Shown in pieces: positions 10,098 to 20,110 of a stretch of 64,000 nucleotides of DNA. Source of the stretch: Myxococcota bacterium. Lineage in GTDB: Bacteria > Myxococcota_A > Polyangia > Nannocystales > Nannocystaceae. The notes below the pieces were generated by a model. The model saw only the letters and a program-made list of their open reading frames with translations. It did no database searches and was not told where the DNA came from. The translations under genes and the position numbers were made by a program. The DNA is taken from NCBI GenBank assembly GCA_039194325.1, contig JBCCWC010000001.1, forward strand, positions 128,001 to 192,000, read 5' to 3'. Every line of letters begins with the position of its first letter. Within the stretch, counting starts at the first letter, position 1.

Positions 10098-10553
10098 GTG
10101 CCACGTCGCGAGCCGCAGCACCGTGGCGTGACCGGGCTCGCCATAGCTGCCATGCTAGGCGCCGTGCCCATGCTGCAGATCGGCCTCGGCTTGGCGGTGT
10201 TCGCCGTGGTGGCATGGGTCGTGTTCTTGGTGGGGCAATTGGCCAGCGCCCAGCAGCGCGCACGCGAGTCCGAGGCCGAGGCCGAGGAGGCCGAGCGCAT
10301 GCGGAGCCGTCGCGAGGCTCGCCTCCCGGGCGGCAGCCCCGCTCACCCCATCGAGGTCGCTTCGGCCGCGGTCATCGAGCCACGCGCGACCTCGCTGCCC
10401 TGCCCGCGCTGCGCGGGCCCAGCCCATGTCGACGAGCACACGGTCCACAGCGAGGGACAACAGCGGCTCCGCGTCACCCACATGCGCTGCGGCAGCTGCG
10501 GACATCGACGACCGATCTACTTCGTACTGCGCCGCTCCGCCGCCGAGGCTTGA
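10098..10553 (+). CDS. Membrane-anchored protein with C-terminal Zn ribbon
   Basis: N-terminal TM helix; CPRC...CGSC; start uncertain. Confidence 0.6.
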   Translation: MPRREPQHRGVTGLAIAAMLGAVPMLQIGLGLAVFAVVAWVVFLVGQLASAQQRARESEAEAEEAERMRSRREARLPGGSPAHPIEVASAAVIEPRATSLPCPRCAGPAHVDEHTVHSEGQQRLRVTHMRCGSCGHRRPIYFVLRRSAAEA

Positions 10554-10564
10554 GCTCACCACGC

Positions 10565-11440
10565 TTAGCCCTCGCCACCCATGGCCCGCGGTCGTGCGGG
10601 ATCGGTGATCCACTCGCTCCACGACCCGGGATATAGGCGCGGCAGAGGCAACCCCGCGTGGGCCATGGCCAGCAGATCGTGGCAGGCGGTGACCCCCGAG
10701 CCACAGTAGGCGATCGCACGCGCGGGGTCGGCCCCGCCTAGTTGCTCCTCGAAGCGAGCGCGCAATTGCTCGGGCGGCAAGAAGCGACGATCCTCGCCGA
10801 GGTTGCCCATGCAGGGCACGCTACGAGCCCCCGGGATGTGACCGGCCACCGGATCGGTAGGCTCTTGCTCTCCTCGGTAGCGAGGACCCGAGCGAGCATC
10901 GAGCAAGACCTGGGTGGGATCGCCGACCCCAACGAGGACTTCGCTCGCCTCGACCGCGGCGACCAAGGGCTCGCCCACCATAAAGCTCACCGACGCGCCT
11001 TCGTCCCCGATCTTCCCGGGCTTCGCACCCGGCGCCAGCGAATGGCCGTCCTGACTCCAGGCCGTGATCCCGCCATCGAGCACGGCGACGGCTCGATGTC
11101 CTACCCAGCGCAGCATCCACCACAAGCGGGATGCGAACGCACCCCCTCGATCGTCGAAGACCACTACTTGAGTATTGGCCTCGATCCCCCAACGGCCGAG
11201 CGTGACGCCGAAGATGGAGCGGATCGGAAGTGGGTGGCGGCCGGTCGTCCCGGGGACCACCGGCCCACTCAGATCATCGTCTAGGTGGGCGTAGAGGGCC
11301 CCGGGAATCGTGGCGGCCGCATGCTTGAGCGCCCCGGCGCCAGGATCGTTCAGCTCGAAGCGACAGTCGATCGGCTGCCAGTCGCTGCGTTCGAGGTGAG
11401 CGGCGAGGGTGGCGACGTCGACGAGGGTCTCGTAGGTCAT
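10565..11440 (-). CDS. sseA: Tandem-rhodanese sulfurtransferase (3-mercaptopyruvate sulfurtransferase type)
   Basis: GRHPLP, ASRLWWML, DARS, GHIPGA, YCGSGVTAC, LYPGSWSEW; ATG 11440. Confidence 0.88.
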   Translation of the reverse strand: MTYETLVDVATLAAHLERSDWQPIDCRFELNDPGAGALKHAAATIPGALYAHLDDDLSGPVVPGTTGRHPLPIRSIFGVTLGRWGIEANTQVVVFDDRGGAFASRLWWMLRWVGHRAVAVLDGGITAWSQDGHSLAPGAKPGKIGDEGASVSFMVGEPLVAAVEASEVLVGVGDPTQVLLDARSGPRYRGEQEPTDPVAGHIPGARSVPCMGNLGEDRRFLPPEQLRARFEEQLGGADPARAIAYCGSGVTACHDLLAMAHAGLPLPRLYPGSWSEWITDPARPRAMGGEG

Positions 11441-11546
11441 GGTGGGCGTAGTCCTTTCTTTGCACACCCAACGACCGAACGAAAGGGCCATCAGCATGGA
11501 TCGCCCGCTCGTCGGTCGTGGACGGTGTGCCATCTTGACTGGGTCG

Positions 11547-12593
11547 ATGTTCGAAGACACGAAGCCCAACGTGGTGGTGTTCGGCGACAGCAACACCGTA
11601 TCGTTGGGGCCCGCTTGGGCGGCAGCCCTGGTCCGTACGGGGTGGCCCGCGTCGCAGATCGTGGTGCACCACCGCGCAGGGACCACGCCTCGCCACTGGC
11701 TGCCCAAGACCCATTCCCTTCATCACTCGAGGTTCGGGGCGCTGTGGACCCGTAGGTCTCGAAATCAGCCGGCTCTCCGCGATGCACTCAGTGCCGCCAC
11801 CCGCCTGGTCATCATCGGGCTGGGCGGCAACATGATGCCGGGTTCACGCGACGAACCCTCGGTCGAGGCGCTGCTCGATCAGGTCGTTGCACTGGCCCCA
11901 TCGGCCCGCCTGGTGTGGCGGGGACCACCGCCCTCCACCGCCACCCGCGACGGGGTCGTGGCCAGTCGGACGATCCGCGCCAGCCGGTATCGGCGCAACG
12001 GCATGCTCAAGCATCTGCTGGCCCCGCTGCACTTCGAGGTCAACGCCCCGCTCGACCCGGCGGCCGAGCGCGTCTACCTCGACGTACTCGCGCTCCACGC
12101 GTGCGGACCCACGCGGGGGCTATCGCTAGGCACCGGCCGCGACGCGGACTACGAGGCCGAACGCCGGCTGGTTGCCTCGCTGGCTGGCGATCGCTTCGCC
12201 CGCGGCGAGAAGGCCGTACGCGGGCCATGGACCTCGTTCGTGCGGGCTCGCGACTCGCTCCCCTCCCACGTTCCTCGTGCCGCGGCGGTCGAGCTGGCCC
12301 GGCACGTGGCCGAGCGCGGGTATCTGCAGGCGTCCCGACACCCGCTGCGCTTGCCCCTGCCCGCCACGGTGGTCGACCGACACGCTCGCCTGCGCCGCGG
12401 GCCACCGGACTTTGCGTGGATCCGAGGGCATACCCTCGAGTACGGGCGACGCGTGCTCTTGCGAACCTGGCGGGGTCGCTTTGGTGAGGTGCTCGATGCT
12501 CGCACCCGCGAGCCGCTGGGGTGGACACTGCGGGTCAACGTGCTGCCGGACTCCTCGCCGATGATGGGTCGGGTGCGGGCACAGGCCGGCTGA
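11547..12593 (+). CDS. SGNH/GDSL-like protein with possible C-terminal SH3b-like domain
   Basis: VVFGDSN (block I), IIGLGGN (block III), C-terminal ARLRRGP...GW pattern. Confidence 0.45.
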   Translation: MFEDTKPNVVVFGDSNTVSLGPAWAAALVRTGWPASQIVVHHRAGTTPRHWLPKTHSLHHSRFGALWTRRSRNQPALRDALSAATRLVIIGLGGNMMPGSRDEPSVEALLDQVVALAPSARLVWRGPPPSTATRDGVVASRTIRASRYRRNGMLKHLLAPLHFEVNAPLDPAAERVYLDVLALHACGPTRGLSLGTGRDADYEAERRLVASLAGDRFARGEKAVRGPWTSFVRARDSLPSHVPRAAAVELARHVAERGYLQASRHPLRLPLPATVVDRHARLRRGPPDFAWIRGHTLEYGRRVLLRTWRGRFGEVLDARTREPLGWTLRVNVLPDSSPMMGRVRAQAG

Positions 12594-12625
12594 TGTGGGC
12601 ATGACTGTCGCGCGGGTGTTCGGGC

Positions 12626-14215
12626 TCAGCAGGCAGGGTTGGCCGCGCCCGGGGTGCCGGCGTTGTTGCACCAATTGACGGCGTCGTCGTTGCTCGTGGC
12701 GTCGTAAGCGCCGGGATCGAGGCTCATGCTCTGGCCCGGGGCATTGGGGAACGTGCCGTCGTAGACGACCTCGTCCACCAGCGAGACTCCGCAGAGCAGG
12801 CGAACGGCATCGGGGTTGCCCAGGGTAAAGCTGGCCGCAGGCCATGAGTAGTCGGGGACGAGGCCGGGAGTGGCATCGGTATCGGTCGCGAACACTCGGT
12901 ACCCGCCCCCTGTGATCGGCAAGTCGCTCGTGATGAAGAACGACTGACCTGTATCGTTCTGGATCTGACAGTTTCGCAGCTCGAGGACGTCAATCGTAGT
13001 ATTGTACACCTCGAACCACTGACCGCCGGGCAGAACAGGCATCGACATGATCTCGGTGATGGTCACCTCGCCCGAGGTCGGTTGCGGATAGTTGGTACAA
13101 TTGCTTTCATCATAGACGCACGAGGGGCTGCAGCCGAGATCCCCTCCCGTATAGCCCACGTTCAGGGTGAGGCAGTTGTCACCGAGAGGAATGGTTCCTT
13201 CGCAATCCTCGCCCGGATCGACATAATCGTTGCCACAATTTGTGCAGCCGGAGAGATCGAACTCACAGTCTCCCCCGCACGCCAGCGTCCCCGTGTAGAA
13301 CCCCTGGCTCTCGCAGGTCTCGCCGTCCAGGTCGAACCCATCGCAGGATTCGTCCCCATCGATCACGTCGTTGCCACAAAAGTTGCATCCCGATGTATCG
13401 AAGGAGCCGCAGTCTGCGCTGCACCCGAGCACCCCGCCGACGAAACCTTGGCCGAGGCTGGCGCAATCCTGGCCATCGAGCTCAACGCCGTCGCACACCT
13501 CGTCGCCTTCGATCACGTCGTTGCCGCAGCTCTCGCAGTTGGTCGTATCGAAGGCCAAGCAGTCCGTCGCGCATCCGAGGATACCTCCCCCGAAGCCCTG
13601 GCTCGGGCAGTCTTGACCCACCAGGTTGTCCGAGTCGCAGGCTTCGGCCGGCTCGATCGTTCCGTTGCCACAGATCCCACAGCCAGACGTGTCGATCGTG
13701 CAATTTGGCAGGCAAATGAGCTCTCCGTTGTCGAACCCTCCACCAACTACCTTCGTCTGGCAGGAGAGGCCTCCAAACTGCTCCAGATCGCACTGCTCCC
13801 CTTCGTCCACCATACCATTGCCACAGCGCTCACAGCTTGCCTCGTCGAACGAGCAATCATCCGCGCACAGAAGGCGCCCCCCGGGATAGCCCAGGGACTC
13901 GCAGTCCTCGCCGTTCAGATCGTCCCCATCGCAATCCTCGTTGCCCTGCACGAGCCCATCGCCGCACACGATCATGATGATGTCGCTCGTCGACGACTCA
14001 CTCGATGCCACGCTCGGTACCGAGGTGCTCCCTTCACCCGAGCTGCTCCCTTCATCAACGCTGCTCCCGACCCCCGAGCTCGACTCCCCCGCGGTGCTAC
14101 TGCTCTCGGGCAAGAACCCCTCGATGCCGGGAAACTCGGGCCGACACCCGATCGCCATTACGGTGACGGCCACCGCTCCGACCTCCGCCCGAGTCATGAT
14201 GCTCCGACTGCTCAT
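12626..14215 (-). CDS. Lipoprotein with Cys-rich repeats and C-terminal lamin-tail domain
   Basis: Repeated CG(N/D)xxxxxxExCD units; ITEIM...WFEVYN...GTPGAAN lamin-tail signature. Confidence 0.8.
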   Translation of the reverse strand: MSSRSIMTRAEVGAVAVTVMAIGCRPEFPGIEGFLPESSSTAGESSSGVGSSVDEGSSSGEGSTSVPSVASSESSTSDIIMIVCGDGLVQGNEDCDGDDLNGEDCESLGYPGGRLLCADDCSFDEASCERCGNGMVDEGEQCDLEQFGGLSCQTKVVGGGFDNGELICLPNCTIDTSGCGICGNGTIEPAEACDSDNLVGQDCPSQGFGGGILGCATDCLAFDTTNCESCGNDVIEGDEVCDGVELDGQDCASLGQGFVGGVLGCSADCGSFDTSGCNFCGNDVIDGDESCDGFDLDGETCESQGFYTGTLACGGDCEFDLSGCTNCGNDYVDPGEDCEGTIPLGDNCLTLNVGYTGGDLGCSPSCVYDESNCTNYPQPTSGEVTITEIMSMPVLPGGQWFEVYNTTIDVLELRNCQIQNDTGQSFFITSDLPITGGGYRVFATDTDATPGLVPDYSWPAASFTLGNPDAVRLLCGVSLVDEVVYDGTFPNAPGQSMSLDPGAYDATSNDDAVNWCNNAGTPGAANPAC

Positions 14216-14219
14216 CTCC

Positions 14220-15575
14220 TCAGAACCTCGTAGATAGCGACAATCCTACCCGAGAGCGCGACAGCGTGGGCACGAGCTGGGCCCGCTGTGCGGATTTTGC
14301 TTCCCCCCGGCGACCCTTCACGAGCTTGACGATCCCCACGACGCTCATGGCAATGCCGCCGGCCGCGAGCGCCGAGCCTCCCACGATCATCGAGATGTTG
14401 CGTCGACTCGCCTGCTGCTCGTAGTCATCGACTACGCTCGCATATCCGTCGTAGTCGAAGCCCGGCACATCGTCCTGCGTCTGATCGGCCTGGACTCTCG
14501 CATCCCGTATGTCCCGGTCGGCCTCCCGACCAAAGGCCACGGGCTCTGCGATCAGCGCCGCCCCGGCCCCGGTGGCCGCGACTCCCACCGACAGCAGGAC
14601 GATCGGGACCACCCGCGAGGGGCCTTCGGGGGCGTCGGTCGTCGGAGGCTTGCGCCGGCGACGACGCCGTTTCTTCTTCGGCTCGACCTCGGGGGGAGGC
14701 CCCTGCTCCAGCGTCTGCTCGGCCTCGGCGAGCCGCTCCTCGGCGTCATCGAGCAACGCCTGGAGATCCTCGCCGTGCGTGGCCGCGGCCGGCTTGATGG
14801 ATTCCTTGGACTCGCTCGCCGACGATGTATCTTCATCTGTGGGGGGGGGCTCGACGGTGGCCGCCGACGACTCGATCTCATAGCGCCGCAAGACATCGCG
14901 CGCTCCCTCCAGCTTGGCCAGGTTGGGCTCGATGTCGTCGTAGCCCTTGACCTGCTCGCCATAGGCCTTGAGGCGTAGGCTCGCGAGTCGAAGCGCAACG
15001 CGCACTCGGACCGCCTCGTCCCGCCTCTGGCGCTCCAGGGCCTCGAGCACCTCGGCGTAGCGGTCGGCCGCCGCCTGCAAGTCTTTTTGGGCCAGCGCTT
15101 GCTCGGCCGCGACCAGCGGATCTCGAACCTCGCGTAGTCGCGTGGCCTTGCGCTCCACCACTGGCAACAAGCTGGCGGTGCTATCTGCCCCTGTACCCCC
15201 GAGCCACAGCTCGAGCACGGCGAGTCCATCCTCGAGGCTCTGAGGGTCCAGCTCCTCGTCCGCCTCGAACGCTGACCAGTAGGCGCTCGACGACAGCACG
15301 GTGGCGCGTGCCCCCTCGTTGGCCCGCTGCTTTTGCTCCGACAGCGCCTCGAAGGCCTTGCGGTAGGCCCGGCCGGCGCCCGCGTAGTCACCGGCTTGCT
15401 CGAGCTGCTCTCCTTGTCGAAGCAGCTGCGAAGAGTTTTGCTCTGGCCCGGCCACCGGAGCCGCGGGGGAACCATCGGGTGAGCCCGCGGACACCTCAGC
15501 CAACGGCGTGGCTTCAGGCGGCGCAGACGAACCGAGGCCGAGACCGAATATCAACAGAGCATCGACGAAGCCCAT
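14220..15575 (-). CDS. Secreted TPR-like protein with C-terminal TM helices
   Basis: Signal-like N-terminus, TPR-like helices, two C-terminal hydrophobic segments, terminal LSTRF. Confidence 0.6.
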   Translation of the reverse strand: MGFVDALLIFGLGLGSSAPPEATPLAEVSAGSPDGSPAAPVAGPEQNSSQLLRQGEQLEQAGDYAGAGRAYRKAFEALSEQKQRANEGARATVLSSSAYWSAFEADEELDPQSLEDGLAVLELWLGGTGADSTASLLPVVERKATRLREVRDPLVAAEQALAQKDLQAAADRYAEVLEALERQRRDEAVRVRVALRLASLRLKAYGEQVKGYDDIEPNLAKLEGARDVLRRYEIESSAATVEPPPTDEDTSSASESKESIKPAAATHGEDLQALLDDAEERLAEAEQTLEQGPPPEVEPKKKRRRRRRKPPTTDAPEGPSRVVPIVLLSVGVAATGAGAALIAEPVAFGREADRDIRDARVQADQTQDDVPGFDYDGYASVVDDYEQQASRRNISMIVGGSALAAGGIAMSVVGIVKLVKGRRGEAKSAQRAQLVPTLSRSRVGLSLSTRF

Positions 15576-15811
15576 GCGATCGACCCATTGAGGACAGCCG
15601 ACGGCCGTGAACAAGGCCTTGGCCGGAGCCGAACATACTCCATCGGTAGACATCGACCCACCCGATCGAACGATCAAAGGCCGACCCATTCGGGAGATCC
15701 GACGCCGATTCGTACATCGAGCCGGATGAAGGACCAGCCGATGTCACGTTCGGGAATTCATGGCGCTGCGGATCGTCGCGGTTGGCGGGCGCTGGCCCGA
15801 GCTCGTCTCGC

Positions 15812-17467
15812 TCAGTGCAGCGTCTCGTCGCCCGAGCGGATCGCCCGGATCCCCGACCCGGTCCGCAGCTCGGCATGCGTGGTGTTGCCGATCGCGATCA
15901 CGTCGACCTCGGGCTTGGTCTTGTCGAACAACGAAGGGAAGGCCCCCTCGGCCCCGTAGCGCGCACGAACGCGCTCGTAGAGCACGTGATCGAACATCTC
16001 GACGAACTCCTCGGAGGTCATGAAGGTATCCGCATAGAGGAACGAGTAGCCCCCCACCTCGCGGGTGAAGTGCTCCATGGCCCGCATGGCCAGCGTGGCG
16101 TTGTAGGGCTCACCCCGCTTGACCGCCGCCGGCACCCCATAGACTCCCAGATCGTTATACATGCCCACGTTGGTGCCCGGGATCTTGGTGTCTTCCCGCG
16201 GTGGCCGTAGCTGCCCCGAGGCCGGGCCATGGTCGAAGATCGCGCACGGGTAGACCAGCACGGGGTAGATGTCGAACAGGTGCTCCGACAGCTCGATCGC
16301 GCGCTCGAGGGAGGTCAGCGGCAGCACGATGTCCTGGAACACCTGCTTGGTGAAGGTGAGCTCGCGGATCCCCGGGGTGGTGGTGAGCTTGAGGAATTGG
16401 ATCCGCGGCGGGCACATCCAGCCCAGCAGCACCCGGAACAGCGGGTGGTTGCCAAAGGGGATCATGTCTCGCAGCGTCCAGAAGATCGCCCGGTCGTGAC
16501 GATGGAGATAGTGGCGCAGCGGGACCAGCTCCTCGCCCCCCTCGCCCGCCAAGAAGCTCTCCACATGCTTGAAGAACCAGGGCTTGTACCAGCGGTTGAC
16601 CGGGTTCTCCCGCGCGCGGTCCTCGGCCGTGGTGGGAGTATCGAAATCACCCCACATCACCACGGCTTGTTCCTTGGAGAAGATCGTGGCCTCGACGAAG
16701 TCGGGGCGCGGCTCGCTCATCGATAGCTCGCGGATGCGGGCGCAGTATGCCGCCTGCGACCGATGGGGTTCGTAGCGCAGCCGCACGTGGGACTGGATCG
16801 GGATGATCTGGATCGTCAGGCCGACGAGGAAGCCCAGCGTGCCGTGTGACCAGGGCAGAGCCCCGAAGAGATCCGCGTGCTCCTGCGCGGTGGCGGTGAC
16901 CACCCGGCCATCCGCGCAGACGACCTCGTAGGCCACCACCGTCTCCTGGTAGAGCCCGACCTTGTGCGAGTGGGTCGTCATGCCCACCGCCATGGCCAGC
17001 CCTCCCACCGTGGCATCTTCGACCTCGAGGGTCACCGCGAGCATGTACCCGTGCTTCTCGAGCTCGCGGGTGATCTCCCCCACGGTGACCAGCGGCTCGG
17101 TGGTCACCGTGCGACGTTCGGGGTCGATCTTCAAGATCGAGCGCAGGTTGCCGAGGCGAATGCGGTGGAGCGCCTTCTTGTCGACGAAGCGAGTCGAGAG
17201 GTTCACCCAGGGGGCGCGATCGGTACACATGGGCCGCCGCTCCGCCTTTGGTTGCTGGGCCCAGCGCTGCACCTGCTCCTGGATCGCTCGTACCCGCTGC
17301 TCGTGATCCTCGGGCGAGGACTGGCGCCGCTGCACCCACTGCCGCGCGCGATAGCCCAGGCCGAAGATCTTGCTCGCCGGCAGGCAGAACCCCACGATCA
17401 CGGCGACCCGGTGCCGGGTCATGAAGTCGGCAAAGCGCTTGTCCAGAGCACGCAGCAGGGAACGCAT
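15812..17467 (-). CDS. FAD-dependent Delta(24)-sterol reductase (DHCR24/DWF1-like)
   Basis: EPLVTVG, DATVGGL, SHKVGL, LPWSHGTLGFLV, WYKPWFFKHVE, PFGNHP, LYADTFMTSEEFVEMFD...AFPSLFDK: motifs shared with eukaryotic DHCR24/DIMINUTO. Confidence 0.82.
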   Translation of the reverse strand: MRSLLRALDKRFADFMTRHRVAVIVGFCLPASKIFGLGYRARQWVQRRQSSPEDHEQRVRAIQEQVQRWAQQPKAERRPMCTDRAPWVNLSTRFVDKKALHRIRLGNLRSILKIDPERRTVTTEPLVTVGEITRELEKHGYMLAVTLEVEDATVGGLAMAVGMTTHSHKVGLYQETVVAYEVVCADGRVVTATAQEHADLFGALPWSHGTLGFLVGLTIQIIPIQSHVRLRYEPHRSQAAYCARIRELSMSEPRPDFVEATIFSKEQAVVMWGDFDTPTTAEDRARENPVNRWYKPWFFKHVESFLAGEGGEELVPLRHYLHRHDRAIFWTLRDMIPFGNHPLFRVLLGWMCPPRIQFLKLTTTPGIRELTFTKQVFQDIVLPLTSLERAIELSEHLFDIYPVLVYPCAIFDHGPASGQLRPPREDTKIPGTNVGMYNDLGVYGVPAAVKRGEPYNATLAMRAMEHFTREVGGYSFLYADTFMTSEEFVEMFDHVLYERVRARYGAEGAFPSLFDKTKPEVDVIAIGNTTHAELRTGSGIRAIRSGDETLH

Positions 17468-17525
17468 GGGTGCAGTCTACACCACGGGTTCCGTCGACTG
17501 GCTCGGCTCGCCCTACGACAGCGCG

Positions 17526-18662
17526 CTACTTCCCCGCCACGATGTAGACCAGCCAGGACTCCTGATTCTCTTCTTTCTCGGTCGCGCGGTACTCGCCCGT
17601 GCCGTCTCCATCGTCGTCGGTCTCTTCCCAGTACACTCGCGCGCTGGAGAAGCCCACCTCATACAGTAGCTCGCGCAGCTCGGCGATGGTCCACAGCCGC
17701 CAGTCGTAGGTGAAGGCTTTTTCGATCTTCGAGCCGTCTTCGAACTCGAAGTGGATATGACACAGCGTCTCGTGGGTGATGGGGTTGTAGTCGGCCTGTT
17801 GCCACACGTAGGTGAAGTCGTCGACTGCTTCGGTCTCGTCTTCGATCTCGCGCTCGTCGACCACGTCGACCACCGCCTCGGTCCCCCCGTAGAGCTCGGT
17901 GATGAACATGCCGTCGTCGGCCAGGTGTTCGTAGACGACCTCGAGGTAGCGCTTGAGCTCCGCCCGGGTCTTGAACACCCCGTAGCTAAAGTTCATCGCA
18001 CAGGTGATGTCGGCCGGCTCGCCGCCCCCGTCGAGCACGTTGGCTTGGCGCAGGTCCACCCGGGCTCGCTGCTCATCGGTCAGCGGCGCCAGGTTGTGCG
18101 TACGCCCCCAGTCGAGGGTGGCCTCGTCGAGATCTACCCCCACCGCCCGGCGGTCGTCGGCCGTGGTGACCCAGGTAGACCCGAGGAACGCGGTACCGCA
18201 AAAGTCCTCGCGCAGCACCGTGGGCAAGCGCCCCCGCAGTTCCTCGTAGCGCGCAGTGAAGAACTCGATGTCGGCCTCGGGGCTCTGCACGGAGAGCTGA
18301 TAGAGGATGTGGCGATCGGATCGATCCGCCCGAGTCAGCGCCTTTTTCTTCTTGGGCTTCTTCGCCTCGGACTTCTTCGCCTTCTTGGGCTTGGCCTTCT
18401 CGCCCGTAGCTTTCTTGGGCTTGTCCTTCTTCTTGCCCGCGGTCTTCTTCTTGCCCGCGGCCTTCTTCTTGCCTGCGGCCTTCTTCTTGCCCGCGGCCTT
18501 CTTCTTGTCCGTGGCCTTCTTCTTGCCCGTGGCCTTCTTCTTGCCCGCAGCCTTCTTCTTGCCTGCGGCCTTCTTCTTGCCCGCGGCCTTCTTCTTGCCC
18601 GCGGCCTTCTTCTTGCCCGCGGCCTTCTTCTTGCCCGTAGTCTTCTTCTTCGGCTTGGCCAT
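17526..18662 (-). CDS. Class I SAM-dependent methyltransferase with Lys-rich H1-like N-terminus
   Basis: LREDFCGTA, GVDLD, MNFSY, FTYDWRLWT; N-terminal KKKAAG repeats. Start is ATG 18662 or GTG 18671 overlapping the upstream stop. Confidence 0.82.
   Translation of the reverse strand: MAKPKKKTTGKKKAAGKKKAAGKKKAAGKKKAAGKKKAAGKKKATGKKKATDKKKAAGKKKAAGKKKAAGKKKTAGKKKDKPKKATGEKAKPKKAKKSEAKKPKKKKALTRADRSDRHILYQLSVQSPEADIEFFTARYEELRGRLPTVLREDFCGTAFLGSTWVTTADDRRAVGVDLDEATLDWGRTHNLAPLTDEQRARVDLRQANVLDGGGEPADITCAMNFSYGVFKTRAELKRYLEVVYEHLADDGMFITELYGGTEAVVDVVDEREIEDETEAVDDFTYVWQQADYNPITHETLCHIHFEFEDGSKIEKAFTYDWRLWTIAELRELLYEVGFSSARVYWEETDDDGDGTGEYRATEKEENQESWLVYIVAGK
18435..18650 (-). repeat. 18-nt tandem repeat x12 encoding KKK(A/T)(A/T)(G/D)
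   Basis: TTCTTCTTGCCCGCGGCC units read directly on the + strand. Confidence 0.95.
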
Positions 18663-18667
18663 CTCGT

Positions 18668-19501
18668 TCACCGCTCCGCCACGATGTACGTCCAAAAGGA
18701 CTCCTGGTTGTCTACGGTCTTCGGCTCGCGGAACTTCCCCGTACCCTCGCCCTCCTCGTCGGTGCGCTCCCACAACAGGCGCACCCGGGAGAAGCCCGCC
18801 TCGTAGAGCGCATCGCGGACCTCGGGGCAGGTCCACATGCGCCACTCGTAGTAGAAGGCGTCCTCGATCCGAGAGCCATCGGGAAAGTCGAAGCAGATCG
18901 CGCAGGCCAGGTGGTGGTTGAGCGGATCGAAGCACCGTTGCTCCCACCGATAGGTGAACCCGTCGATCTCACGCCGGTTGACCTCCTCTTGCATCGACTC
19001 CCAGCCCCCCACGATGTCGAGGATCAGCAGGCCGTCGTCGACCAGCCCCTCCCGCGCGGTCCTAAAGTAGCGGATCAGCTGGTCGCGCTCGCGAAACGCG
19101 AAGTAGGAGAAGTTCAGGCCAACGGCCAGATCGACCTTGGGGCCCGCGCCCACGAGCACATCGGCTCGGTGGAGAGCCACGCGGTCGGCGGCCCCCGCCG
19201 GCTCGATGCGGTTGGCCATGCCCCAGTCCATCGTCGCCTGGTCGAGGTCGAGCCCCACCGCGGTACGCCCGGGCTTGGACTGCACCCACGCCAGGCTCAG
19301 CACCGCGGTGCCGCAAAAGTCCTCGCGCAGCGACATGGCGTGGCGCTTGCGGTAGCGCTTGAACAACCGGGCCAGGGTCTCAGCGTCGACCTCCGGAGCC
19401 TGCACCGAGCGCTCGTAGAGATCGTGGCGATCGGCCAGGGCCGCCATGCTCTTGCGGCGATGCTTGGGGCGGATGCGAGGGGATGGAAGAGCTCGGCTCA
19501 T
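18668..19501 (-). CDS. Class I SAM-dependent methyltransferase (paralog of the downstream gene)
   Basis: LYERSVQAPE, LREDFCGTA, LNFSY, YEWRMWT, NQESFWTYIVA. Confidence 0.85.
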   Translation of the reverse strand: MSRALPSPRIRPKHRRKSMAALADRHDLYERSVQAPEVDAETLARLFKRYRKRHAMSLREDFCGTAVLSLAWVQSKPGRTAVGLDLDQATMDWGMANRIEPAGAADRVALHRADVLVGAGPKVDLAVGLNFSYFAFRERDQLIRYFRTAREGLVDDGLLILDIVGGWESMQEEVNRREIDGFTYRWEQRCFDPLNHHLACAICFDFPDGSRIEDAFYYEWRMWTCPEVRDALYEAGFSRVRLLWERTDEEGEGTGKFREPKTVDNQESFWTYIVAER

Positions 19502-19620
19502 GCGCGGGAGCAGCCTGCCGTGCCGATCGCCGAAGAGCAAGAGCAGGAGATCTCGCCTCGAGCACCCCCGCAAGCCCCCAGCACCCCGAGGCCATCGCGG
19601 AGCGTTGGCGCCGGGGTCGA

Positions 19621-20106
19621 TTACCCCCCGAGGTATCGGGTCAGGCCGTTGTAGGCCTCGGTCAAGCGCCGGGTGATCTCGGTCGCCGCCGCTTGCTTCT
19701 CCGGATCATTGGCGAACTTGTCGGGGTGATACTGCAATAGCGCCTTGCGGTAGGCCCGACGCACCGCCTTGAGATCGGATCCCGGGGGTACCTCGAGGGT
19801 CTTGTACCAGCGCCTCCGGTCGGCGGCGGGATCGGAGGGCGGCTCCCCCCGCACCCCGGCCCGGGCCTTGGCGGACTCGTAGGCCCGCTCCCACGCATCC
19901 TCGGCCGCGTCGCGGACCTTTCGGGCCCTACGTCCCGCCTTGGTCCCCACGGACTCGGGCTCGGGGTCGTCGTCGTCGTTGTTGTTGTCCTCGTCCTCGT
20001 CCCGGCGAGAGGTCAATAGATCGCGCCGGTGATCGCGATCGAAGGCCGAGCGAAAATCGGTGAGGTTGGATCGAGCCAGGTCGATGATCCGCTTGCCGAT
20101 GCTCAT
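19621..20106 (-). CDS. J-domain protein
   Basis: C-terminal J domain with HPD motif (YHPDKF). Confidence 0.88.
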   Translation of the reverse strand: MSIGKRIIDLARSNLTDFRSAFDRDHRRDLLTSRRDEDEDNNNDDDDPEPESVGTKAGRRARKVRDAAEDAWERAYESAKARAGVRGEPPSDPAADRRRWYKTLEVPPGSDLKAVRRAYRKALLQYHPDKFANDPEKQAAATEITRRLTEAYNGLTRYLGG

Positions 20107-20110
20107 GGCA

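Noticed and set aside
18672..18947. ORF-track N-terminal extension of the Lys-rich methyltransferase
   Set aside because: It overlaps the upstream paralog in another frame.
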